Shown here: positions 28,506-36,837 of the stretch, piece after piece
Layout of the letters: the number at the start of each line of letters is the position of its first letter
Position numbering within the stretch: position 1 is the first letter of the stretch
Translations under genes and position numbers: made by a program
Assembly (NCBI GenBank): GCA_963169195.1
Contig: CAUJDN010000132.1
Span: 9,382 to 73,381, forward strand
Source: Acidobacteriota bacterium
GTDB lineage: Bacteria > Acidobacteriota > Vicinamibacteria > Vicinamibacterales > UBA2999
Direction: 5' to 3'
Length of the DNA stretch: 64,000 bases
The notes under the pieces: model-generated
Told to the model about the DNA's origin: nothing
Database searches by the model: none
Seen by the model: the letters and a program-made list of their open reading frames with translations, nothing else

Positions 28506-29689
28506 CGGGACCACTGACGGGCATCACGGTGCTCGACCTCACGCGCGTGCTCTCGGGTCCGTACTGCACGATGGTGCTGGCGGATCTCGGGGCCCGCGTC
28601 ATCAAGATCGAGCACCCGGGCCGGGGTGACGACACGCGGCACTGGGGGCCGCCGTTCGTCGGCAGCGAGAGCGCGTATTACCTGAGCATCAACCGCAACA
28701 AGGAGAGCGTCACGCTCGACTTCAAGCACCCGCGGGGCCGCGAGGTGCTCGAGCGCCTCACCGGCCGCGCCGACGTCCTGGTGGAGAACTTCAAGCCCGG
28801 GACCATGGAGCGCGCAGGCCTCGGCTGGGACGCGCTGCACCCGCGCCACCCGCGCCTCGTGTTCGCCTCGATCTCCGGGTACGGCCAGTCGGGCCCTCGC
28901 CGTGACGAGGCGGGCTACGACGCGGTCATCCAGGCCGAGGGCGGCCTGATGAGCGTCACCGGCGATGCCGACGGCCCCGCCTACCGCCTGGGCGTCGCCA
29001 TCTCGGACATCGTCGCGGGGCTGTTCGCGGCCCAGGGTGTCATGGCGGCGCTCTTCGCGCGCGAGCGCGACGGGCAGGGGCAGCGCGTGGACATCGGCAT
29101 GCTCGACGCCACCGCGGCCCTGCTCACCTATCAGGCGGGCAACTTCTTCGCGACCGGGCAGGTGCCGGGGCGCATGGGCAACCGCCACCCCACCATCGCG
29201 CCGTACGAGACATTCCCGACCGCCGATGGCGAGATGGTCATTGCCGTCGGCAACGACGGGATCTGGCAACGGTTCTGCCCCGCGATCGACCGCCCGGAGC
29301 TGGCCGGCGATCCGCGGTTCCGCACGAATCGGGACCGCATGGCGCATTACGACGTGCTGAAGCCGGAGCTGGATGGCACGCTCCGGGCGCGGACCCGGGC
29401 GGAGTGGACCGGCCGGTTCCACGCCGCCAGCGTGCCGTGTGGCGCGGTGCGGAACGTGGGCGAGGTGCTCGGAGACCCCCACCTCGCGGCGCGCGAGATG
29501 GTGGCCACGCTGCAGCATCCCACGGCCGGGACGACGCGCGTCATGGGCACGCCCATCAAGCTGTCCGGCACGCCGGGCTCGGTGCGCACGCCGCCGCCGA
29601 CGCTCGGGCAGCACACCGAGGCGGTGCTCGGCGAACTGGGCTACGATCACGAGATGATCGCCAGCCTGAAGGCCGCGGGAACCATCTGA
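28490..29689 (+). CDS. family III CoA-transferase (CaiB/BaiF)
   Basis: PLTGITVLDLTRVLSGPYCTMVLADLGARVIKIE, YLSINRNK, VENFKPG. ATG 28490 has a GGAGG RBS. ATG 28502 (ATGA overlap with the hom stop) is the alternative. Confidence 0.85.
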   Translation: MGRTMTGPLTGITVLDLTRVLSGPYCTMVLADLGARVIKIEHPGRGDDTRHWGPPFVGSESAYYLSINRNKESVTLDFKHPRGREVLERLTGRADVLVENFKPGTMERAGLGWDALHPRHPRLVFASISGYGQSGPRRDEAGYDAVIQAEGGLMSVTGDADGPAYRLGVAISDIVAGLFAAQGVMAALFARERDGQGQRVDIGMLDATAALLTYQAGNFFATGQVPGRMGNRHPTIAPYETFPTADGEMVIAVGNDGIWQRFCPAIDRPELAGDPRFRTNRDRMAHYDVLKPELDGTLRARTRAEWTGRFHAASVPCGAVRNVGEVLGDPHLAAREMVATLQHPTAGTTRVMGTPIKLSGTPGSVRTPPPTLGQHTEAVLGELGYDHEMIASLKAAGTI

Positions 29690-29691
29690 CG

Positions 29692-30123
29692 ATGGCCGAC
29701 ATCGCCCTCCTCCGCAAGCGGGTACAGAAGGCCCTGGAACGGGCGCGCCGCGACGCCGCGGATCGGCGGGCCCAGGTGAACGAGGCCCGCACGGCGTACG
29801 ACGCGTTCCTGGAATCGCGGGCGATCCCCGCGTTTCGGGCGATGGCGGTCGTGCTGAAGGCGGAGGGGCTCGCGTGGGACGTGATGACGCCGTCGGGCGA
29901 GGTCCGACTGGTGCCGGACCGGCGCCGGGACGAATCGATCGTGCTGTCCTTCGACGCGACCGCCGATCCTCCCCAGGCGCTGGTGAGCATCACGCGCGGC
30001 CGCGGCAGCCGGATGCTGCACGCCGAGCGCGAGGTGAAGCCGGGCACCCGTTCGATCGCCGCCCTCACCGAGGACGATGTCCTCGAGATGCTCATCGAGG
30101 AACTCGCGCCCTGGCTGGCGTGA
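29692..30123 (+). CDS. hypothetical protein (143 aa)
   Basis: Internal ATG 2 nt after the CoA-transferase stop (MADIALLRKRVQKALERARRD...). No family recognised. Confidence 0.5.
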   Translation: MADIALLRKRVQKALERARRDAADRRAQVNEARTAYDAFLESRAIPAFRAMAVVLKAEGLAWDVMTPSGEVRLVPDRRRDESIVLSFDATADPPQALVSITRGRGSRMLHAEREVKPGTRSIAALTEDDVLEMLIEELAPWLA

Positions 30124-32553
30124 CTACTGCAGCCGATCGATGCTGGCCGTGCTCACGCCGGCGGCCCTGAGGGCCGAGACGAGGCGCTCGCGGTTCGGCG
30201 CCTTCCTGAAGGCCTCCCGCACGTCCACGACCCCGGCCTTCACGTAGCCGGCCACCGCGTCGGCGAGCGGTGTGCCGCCACAGGCGGCTTCGATGCCCGC
30301 GACCACGTCCGCGCGCGCGTGGTCGGCGAGCACGCGCGCGACGGCGCCCGTGCCCATCAGCAGCTCCCGTGCGGCCACGCGCCCGCCGGCGCTCTTCCGG
30401 AGCAGCTGCTGCGCGATGGCGCCGCGGAACGTCCGCGCCAGCGCATCGCGCACGGCGCTCCGCTTCTCGACGGGCACGAGCTCGATGAGCCGCTGCACCG
30501 CCTCGGCGGTCGAACCGGCTTCGAGCGAGACCAGCACCAGCCGTCCCTGTGAGGCGGCCTGCACGGCCAGGACGGCCACGTCGCCACTGGCGAGGTCGTC
30601 GATGACGAGGACGTCCGGGTTCTCGTTGAGCGCGGCGCGCGTGGCCGTGGCGGCGCGTGTCGGGTCGGTCCCCACTTCGCGCTGGCTCACGAGCGCCTGC
30701 ACGTTCTCGTGAACCAGGTAGACGCATGGCTCGATCGTGATCAGGTAGTCGGCGCGATGACGGTTGATCTCGTCCACGAAGGCCGCCAGGATGGCCGACT
30801 TGTCGCTGCCCGCGGGGCCCGCGACGATCACGAGACCATCGGGCTCGCTGGCCAGGGCGCGGGCATCGGCCTCGAGGCCGAGCTGGTCGACGGTCGCCGC
30901 GCGGGTCGACAGCAGGTGAAAGACGGCGCCGGGACCTCGATGATCCCGGAAGCTGGCGCAGCGCACGCGACCGACGTCGGCGAGCTCGACCAGCCACTCG
31001 GCCCGGTCGCCACGGCTGACGGCATCGCGCGACGGCTCGGGCGTGATGTCCGCGAGCACGGCGTCGAGCTCGGCCGCCGAGAGCACGGGCTCGTCCTGCA
31101 GCAGGCGGACCTCGCCGCCGACGCGAAGGTAAGGCCGCGCCTGCGTCATGAGGAACAGCTCGGTGGCACCGCTCTCGACCGCCAGGCGCAGGAGACGCTC
31201 CGCGCTGGACGTCCGCGCCGGCACCGACCGCGCCGGCACCTCGATGCGCACCGTTCGCGTGAGAGGGGCGCCACTCGATCCATCGCCCGCTCCCGGAACG
31301 AACGCGGCCGCAGACGATTCGCCCGGTGCCGGTGGCGGGGCACCTGGACCACCCGGCGCACCGGCTCCCGCCGTCGCCTCCGCGCGGCCGCCGGCTGCCG
31401 TCAGGGCACCCACGGGCTGCACGTCGGTCACGGCAGCTTCCGGCGCCGGCGGTGCGGCCATCAGGCCCTCGGTCATCGGTGTCTGAATCTCGGTGTCGGG
31501 CATCACAGCGGCTTCCTCCTGCTCCACCACTGGCACCACGGCCTGTGGAGCCTCGATCAGGGCGTGCTCGGGCGGAGGCGCAATGTCGGTGACCGCCTCG
31601 TCACTCGAGGACGGGCCGGCCATCTGCGCCATCGCCGGCTCCGCCGCGGGCGAGGCCATCTGCTCCTCCAGGACCTCTGAGGTGGCCCGATCGTCGAGGA
31701 GCCCCGGGGTGGCCTCGAGACCGCGTGCGCGGCCGTCCGCCTCGCCCGGTCCGGCCGGGAACCCGGGCCCGGATTCAGTGGCGAACGCACGGCTCGCGGA
31801 TTCGGGAGTGAAATCTTCAAGCGCGGACACCGGCTCCTGTCGGGGCGCCACGAAGTGTCGTGAGGGTCCGGCCTCCGCGACCGGCTCGACCCCGGGGACG
31901 GGTTCCGCCGCCGCGGCGGGTGCGGCCTCGGCCACGGGCAGGACGGCCCCGGCGGGCAGGGCCTCACCGACCGTCGACACGTCCGCAGCAGGCAGGGCAT
32001 CCGCCGAGGGCACATCCGCCTCGGTGGATGTTTCGGTCACCGGCGCAGCGACCGTGGCCGGCGGTGCGGCGTGCGCTGCCGCGGGTGTCGGCTCCTCGGT
32101 CGACGGTTCCGCGACGTCGGGCGCAGGCGGCACCGGTGGCTCCGCGACGGGCTCGTCCGCGTGCGCCCCGGGTCCGGTGGGCGGGGGCACGGAAGCCGGT
32201 GTCCCTGGTGAGGACTCTTCGCGGCGCCGCCGGATTTCGATCCAGATGTCGTCGCCTCCGCGCGCCGCGACCACCGTGAAGTGGTCGGAACCCCGAGGCG
32301 GAAGGCGATGTTCGACCGCGCCGAACTCCGCGAGCGATGCCTGGGCATCGGCCGGAAGCAGCTGCGCCAGCATGCCGACCATCGCGTTCAGGTTCAACCC
32401 ATGGCTCGAAAGGTCGATGGAACGTGAACGCGCGACCACGATGGGCTTCTCGCCCACGTGCATCACCAGCGCGTCGCCGTTGGCGCGCACCATCGCGGTC
32501 AGGAGGGAATCGACCAGAGCCACTGCCACCCAATTCATCGGCCCGTGGCCCAT
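30124..32553 (-). CDS. PilT/PilU-like (T2SSE-fold) protein with a duplicated PilT-N domain, long Pro/Ala/Glu-rich linker and degenerate ATPase motifs
   Basis: 809 aa. The C-terminal ~370 aa align by eye to PilT. Motif changes: GPAGSDKS replaces GPTGSGKS, TIEPCVY replaces TIEDPIE, VIDDLAS replaces VGEMRD, VSLEAGS replaces GTLHTNS. Confidence 0.75.
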   Translation of the reverse strand: MGHGPMNWVAVALVDSLLTAMVRANGDALVMHVGEKPIVVARSRSIDLSSHGLNLNAMVGMLAQLLPADAQASLAEFGAVEHRLPPRGSDHFTVVAARGGDDIWIEIRRRREESSPGTPASVPPPTGPGAHADEPVAEPPVPPAPDVAEPSTEEPTPAAAHAAPPATVAAPVTETSTEADVPSADALPAADVSTVGEALPAGAVLPVAEAAPAAAAEPVPGVEPVAEAGPSRHFVAPRQEPVSALEDFTPESASRAFATESGPGFPAGPGEADGRARGLEATPGLLDDRATSEVLEEQMASPAAEPAMAQMAGPSSSDEAVTDIAPPPEHALIEAPQAVVPVVEQEEAAVMPDTEIQTPMTEGLMAAPPAPEAAVTDVQPVGALTAAGGRAEATAGAGAPGGPGAPPPAPGESSAAAFVPGAGDGSSGAPLTRTVRIEVPARSVPARTSSAERLLRLAVESGATELFLMTQARPYLRVGGEVRLLQDEPVLSAAELDAVLADITPEPSRDAVSRGDRAEWLVELADVGRVRCASFRDHRGPGAVFHLLSTRAATVDQLGLEADARALASEPDGLVIVAGPAGSDKSAILAAFVDEINRHRADYLITIEPCVYLVHENVQALVSQREVGTDPTRAATATRAALNENPDVLVIDDLASGDVAVLAVQAASQGRLVLVSLEAGSTAEAVQRLIELVPVEKRSAVRDALARTFRGAIAQQLLRKSAGGRVAARELLMGTGAVARVLADHARADVVAGIEAACGGTPLADAVAGYVKAGVVDVREAFRKAPNRERLVSALRAAGVSTASIDRLQ

Positions 32554-32811
32554 CTGTCAATAGGGTGTGTCAGCGCCGCGCCACGGGCAGGCACATCGGG
32601 CGAGGGAGCCGGGGCACGATACGCACTTCCGTGAATCCGTGCGCACGGAAGCGAACCCGAGCTGCAGGTCTCCGAGGATGGCCGCATCCGGGCGCGAGAA
32701 GTCGAGCGACAGGAAGCGGCCGACGGGTCTCCGGGGGCATCGGCGGCGCGCCCACGGCCACGTAGCAGGCGCCGCCACCCGTGCGACGGGCCGGGAGCGG
32801 CATGCGCGGCG

Positions 32812-34215
32812 TCAGTGCCCGAGAAACGTGCGCGCGGCGGTCGCCGTGAGGAAAGTGACGAGAAAGGCCAGCCCGAGTGGCATCAGCGCGCCGATGGAGG
32901 CCCACTTCGCGCTGAGGGTTTCCTTGTAGATCGTGATGATGGTCGTCGCGCACGGGTTGTGGAGCAGCGAGAACAGCATCAGGTTCACGGCGGTCAGCAG
33001 CGTCCAGCCGTGCTGTCCGACCAGCAACGCGCGGAGCTCGTCGAAGCCCTGCAGGTCGGTCATCATCCCCTCGGCCATGTACACCATCAGCATGGTGGGC
33101 ACGACGATCTCGTTCGCCGGGATCGCGATGATGTACGCGAGCAGGATGACGCCATCCAGGCCGACGGCGTGGCCCAGCGGGTTCAGGGCCTGGGACACGT
33201 GGGTGGCGAGGCTCTCGCCGCCGACGACGATGTTGCCGAGAATCCAGATGACGGCCCCGGCGGGCGCCGCCGTCAGGATGGCGCGCCAGAGCACGAACAG
33301 TGTGCGGTCGATGAGCGACGTGTAGAGGATGCGCAGCACACCGGGGCGGCGGTACGGCGGCAGTTCCAGGGTGAACACGGAGGCCTCGCCCTTCAGGATG
33401 GTGCGCGACAACGCCCACGACACCACCAGCGTGAAGAGCACCCCGACGAGCACGATGGCCACGACCGAGCCGGCTGCGACGAGGGAGGCCACCGCGGGCG
33501 GGAAGGCGGCGGCCACGAACACCGTGGCCAGCATGATGAGGGTGGGGAACCGGCCGTTGCACGGCACGAAGTTGTTGGTGAGGATGGCGACCAGGCGCTC
33601 GCGCGGCGAGTCGATGACCCGCGTGGCAATGACCCCGGCCGCGTTGCACCCGAAGCCCATTGCCATCGTCAGCGCCTGCTTGCCATGCGCGCCGGCCCGC
33701 TTGAACAGGAAGTCGAGGTTGAAGGCCACGCGCGGCAGATACCCCAGGTCCTCGAGGATGGTGAAGAGCGGGAAGAAGATCGCCATGGGCGGCAACATCA
33801 CGCTCACCACCCAGGCGAGGCCCCGGAACACGCCGTGCCAGACGAACCCGGTGAGCCACCAGGGCGCGCCGAGTCCGTCGAAGGCGCCAGCGCCGAGGCC
33901 TTCCACCCGGAAGAGCGCCGTCGCCAGCATCCGGGACGGGACGTTGGCACCGACGATGGTCAGCCAGAAGATCACCGCGAGAATCGCGAGCATCAGCGGC
34001 AGGCCCAGCGCGCGCGAAGTGACGATGCGGTCGATGCGCTGGTCCAGCTCGAGGGGCTGCGCGCCGGCATCGCGCACCGCGCGGCGGCTGATGCGCTCCA
34101 CCTCGCCGTACAGCGACGTGACGACCTCCTCACGGAATCCAGCCTGGAGCGACCGGCGCAGGCTCGCCGCCTCGCGCACGATGTCGCCGGGGGAGACGGC
34201 GGCCTGCTCGCTCAC
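32812..34215 (-). CDS. feoB: FeoB membrane (permease) portion as a separate ORF
   Basis: GTG at 34215-34213 overlaps the TGA of the G-domain ORF. LGLPLMLAILAVIFWL, FPLFTILEDLGYLPRVAF, MAMGFGCNAAGV, NNFVPCNGRFP. Confidence 0.8.
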   Translation of the reverse strand: MSEQAAVSPGDIVREAASLRRSLQAGFREEVVTSLYGEVERISRRAVRDAGAQPLELDQRIDRIVTSRALGLPLMLAILAVIFWLTIVGANVPSRMLATALFRVEGLGAGAFDGLGAPWWLTGFVWHGVFRGLAWVVSVMLPPMAIFFPLFTILEDLGYLPRVAFNLDFLFKRAGAHGKQALTMAMGFGCNAAGVIATRVIDSPRERLVAILTNNFVPCNGRFPTLIMLATVFVAAAFPPAVASLVAAGSVVAIVLVGVLFTLVVSWALSRTILKGEASVFTLELPPYRRPGVLRILYTSLIDRTLFVLWRAILTAAPAGAVIWILGNIVVGGESLATHVSQALNPLGHAVGLDGVILLAYIIAIPANEIVVPTMLMVYMAEGMMTDLQGFDELRALLVGQHGWTLLTAVNLMLFSLLHNPCATTIITIYKETLSAKWASIGALMPLGLAFLVTFLTATAARTFLGH

Positions 34216-35030
34216 TGGGCCCCCTGCAGCGCGATCTTCCGGCTGAAGCGCATGTCGGGGGCCTGCTGCCGCGCCACCAGATCGGCGAGCTGTCCGGTCG
34301 CGAGGGCTTCCTCGACGGCGGCGTCGCCATCGAGGAGCCGGATGGCGATCCACCGCGCGTTGGGGACCCCCGGCGCTGCGGCCTCGATCATGGGCACGAG
34401 CTGGCTCACCGCCCGCTCGAACTCCGGCGTCCCGCGGAAGCGGAGCGGCGTGGTGACGACGTCACCAGCAGCGACACCGGTCGTCTCGGCGAGCAGCGCC
34501 ATCACGTTCTCGCCGGTCCGCGCCACGATGGGCACCACCGGAACGCCCAGGTCGCGCGCCAGGCTGCGCGTGTCCACCTCGATGCCGCGCCGCCGGGCCT
34601 CGTCCATCAGGTTGACGGCCACGACCACGCGATCCGTGATTTCGAGCACCTGCAGCACGAGATACAGGTTCCGTTCGAGCGCGCTGGCGTCCACGACGAC
34701 GACGGTGCAATCGGGCCTGCCGAAGAGCAGGAAGTTGCGCGCGACCTCCTCGTCCTGCGAGGCGGAGAGTAGCGAGTAGGTGCCGGGCAGGTCCACCAGC
34801 TTGTAGCGGACACCGCCGAACTGGAACGCCCCTTCGGCGCGCGTCACGGTCTTGCCGGGCCAGTTCCCCGTGTGCTGCCTGAGGCCGGTGAGCGCGTTGA
34901 ACAGCGTGGACTTGCCGGTGTTGGGATTGCCCGCGAGCGCGACCACGCAGTCGAACGCGCCCACGGCTTCACCCAGCCGCGCCATCTCGGCGTGCACCGG
35001 GCAGGTCTCGCAGTTGGCAGGCATCGTCAT
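34212..35030 (-). CDS. feoB: FeoB N-terminal GTPase + helical domain as a separate ORF
   Basis: 272 aa. G1 GNPNTGKST, G3 DLPG, NLMD (G4). About 25 extra N-terminal residues carrying CETCP. Confidence 0.85.
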   Translation of the reverse strand: MTMPANCETCPVHAEMARLGEAVGAFDCVVALAGNPNTGKSTLFNALTGLRQHTGNWPGKTVTRAEGAFQFGGVRYKLVDLPGTYSLLSASQDEEVARNFLLFGRPDCTVVVVDASALERNLYLVLQVLEITDRVVVAVNLMDEARRRGIEVDTRSLARDLGVPVVPIVARTGENVMALLAETTGVAAGDVVTTPLRFRGTPEFERAVSQLVPMIEAAAPGVPNARWIAIRLLDGDAAVEEALATGQLADLVARQQAPDMRFSRKIALQGAQ

Positions 35031-35045
35031 GGCGCCACGTGAGGC

Positions 35046-36050
35046 TCAGGCAACGGCGCGGACGAGGACGCGGTCCGAGTGGTCCCGCCGGAGTGCGATG
35101 GTGGTCCCGCGCAGACGATAGGCGCGAGGGTCGCCGGAGAACGTCGTGAGGTCCGGACGGATGCGGGCGCCGGGGGTGAAGCCGAGGTCCAGCAGCCGGC
35201 GGCGCATGAAGCCGCGCAGGCCGGGATCCAGCGCGACCACCTCGGCAAGGCTGCCGGCCGGCAGATCCGAGAGTCGCAGAACGGGTTCCGCAGGGGCCGC
35301 GACGCCCGCCGCAGCCGTCACGTGGACGTTCCCGGCCAGCATCGGCGCCAGCACGTACTCGTTCTCGCCGTCGCTCAGCACGAGCCGCGTCGTGGTGGCA
35401 TCGACGATGTGCACGACCTGCCCGAGGCGAAGTCCCAGCGCGGCGAGCTGCGCGTACGCAAGCGGGGGCTCGTCCTCGAGGTGCACGATGCGCCCCGGCC
35501 GGCCCACGGGCCACGCGCTCAGCGGCGTCAGCTCGGGTGCGATGACCTCGCCGTCACGCCCGGGAATGGGATCGCCATGAGGGTCGGTTTCGGGATGGCC
35601 CAGCGCCGCCGAGAGACGCTCGACCTCGACCGGGCTCAGGTGGTGCTCCGCGCGCTCTGCCTTCTCGTGCACCTGGCCCACGGGCACGCCGAGCTCATCG
35701 GCCAGGTACAGCTCCCAGAGGCGGTGCGCGCGCACGACCTGCAGCGCGACGCGCTCTCCCTCGCTGGTCAGCCGGAACTCGGTGCCCCTGGTCCGGATGA
35801 GGCCCTCGCGCTCGAGCCGCTCCGTCAGCGACAGCAGGGCGCGGTCACTGGCGCGAAGCGCGCCCTGCAGCGACGCGAGCGAGGCCGCGTGGCCGGCCGA
35901 GGACTGGCTCAACAGGTGCTTGAGGGCGTTCTCGGCCTGCTCGCGGCCGAGTGCGACGCGCCGACGACGCCACCGTGCCAGGACGCCGGTTCCCGGCCAG
36001 AGCAGGGCGACGAGAAGCGCGAAGAAGGCGAACGCCCAGGTGGACCACAT
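35046..36050 (-). CDS. membrane-anchored DtxR-family domain fused to an SH3-like domain and a FeoA domain
   Basis: ATG 36050 (MWSTWAFAFFALLVALLWPG TM helix, then RWRRRR). HRLWELYL...VHEKAERAEHHLS...PHGDPIPG (DtxR metal sites). Two FeoA/SH3-like modules; the last is typical FeoA (LRLSDLPAG...RRRLLDLGFTPGA). Confidence 0.75.
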   Translation of the reverse strand: MWSTWAFAFFALLVALLWPGTGVLARWRRRRVALGREQAENALKHLLSQSSAGHAASLASLQGALRASDRALLSLTERLEREGLIRTRGTEFRLTSEGERVALQVVRAHRLWELYLADELGVPVGQVHEKAERAEHHLSPVEVERLSAALGHPETDPHGDPIPGRDGEVIAPELTPLSAWPVGRPGRIVHLEDEPPLAYAQLAALGLRLGQVVHIVDATTTRLVLSDGENEYVLAPMLAGNVHVTAAAGVAAPAEPVLRLSDLPAGSLAEVVALDPGLRGFMRRRLLDLGFTPGARIRPDLTTFSGDPRAYRLRGTTIALRRDHSDRVLVRAVA

Positions 36051-36060
36051 GACGCGACCA

Positions 36061-36095
36061 AATTTTGAATGTCCAAAATTAAAGCACGATGTGCT
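36061..36095. promoter_or_regulatory. two perfect palindromes in the AT-rich divergent feo/dtxR promoter region
   Basis: AATTTTG-AATGTC-CAAAATT (36061-36080) and AGCAC-GAT-GTGCT (36083-36095). Confidence 0.6.
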
Positions 36096-36147
36096 TCGAA
36101 ATGTCAAAAACCGGGCATAGAAACTCTGGTAAACTCATGATTCTGCG

Positions 36148-36837
36148 ATGCTTCCGTCCAGCACCGTCGAGAACTACCTGAAGGCCATCTACCTGGGCGA
36201 GGGATACCTGGCCGAAGGCCAGCGCCTCATGCCCATGGGCCAGTTGGCGGCGGCCCTCGGCGTCGCGCCGGGCACGGCCACAACCATGGTGAAGGCGCTG
36301 GCCGAGTCCGGCCTGGTCGAGTACGAACCCTACAACGGCGTGCGGCTCAGCGCGGCCGGAGAGAAACTCGCGGCGCTGGTCCTCAGGCGCCATCGGCTCA
36401 TCGAGTTGTTCCTCGTGCGGGTGATGGGGCTCGGATGGGATGAGGTGCACGACGAGGCCGAGCAGCTCGAGCACCACGTGTCGGATCGGCTCATCGAGCG
36501 CATCGACGAGATGCTCGGCCGCCCCGAAGTGGACCCCCACGGCGACCCCATCCCCGGGGCGGACGGCCGCGTGGCCCGCCACGAGTCCGACACGCTGCTC
36601 ACCTGTCCGCTGGGCGAGCGCGTCACGGTGACGCGCGTCACCGATCAGGAGGCGCCGTTCCTCCGGTTCATCGAGCAGCACCACCTGATGCCCGGCGAGT
36701 CGATCGAGGTGGAGGCGCGCGACGAGGTGTCCGACAGTGTCCGGCTGAAGGGCCGGGGCAATCAGCGCATGACGATTGGCATGCGGGCCGCGTCGAAGGT
36801 ACGGGTGTCGGCGAGCGACGCCAGCTCGCGCGGGTGA
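36148..36837 (+). CDS. DtxR/IdeR/MntR-family metal-dependent transcriptional regulator with C-terminal SH3-like domain
   Basis: 229 aa. ENYLKAIY, HRLIELFL, VHDEAEQLEHHVS, PHGDPIPG. Glu sits at the position of DtxR Cys102, as in Mn-responsive members. Confidence 0.85.
   Translation: MLPSSTVENYLKAIYLGEGYLAEGQRLMPMGQLAAALGVAPGTATTMVKALAESGLVEYEPYNGVRLSAAGEKLAALVLRRHRLIELFLVRVMGLGWDEVHDEAEQLEHHVSDRLIERIDEMLGRPEVDPHGDPIPGADGRVARHESDTLLTCPLGERVTVTRVTDQEAPFLRFIEQHHLMPGESIEVEARDEVSDSVRLKGRGNQRMTIGMRAASKVRVSASDASSRG

Noticed and set aside
35027-35248. 73-aa ORF at the position where a stand-alone feoA would be expected
   Set aside because: The sequence has no FeoA character. It lies out of frame inside the 3' FeoA domain of the DtxR-FeoA fusion gene.
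36762-36837. 76-nt convergent overlap of the DtxR-family gene and the HAD hydrolase as evidence of a mis-call or antisense regulation
   Set aside because: Both ORFs have family-typical lengths and motifs up to their ends. Overlap of convergent 3' ends occurs in compact GC-rich genomes, and nothing further can be concluded from sequence alone.
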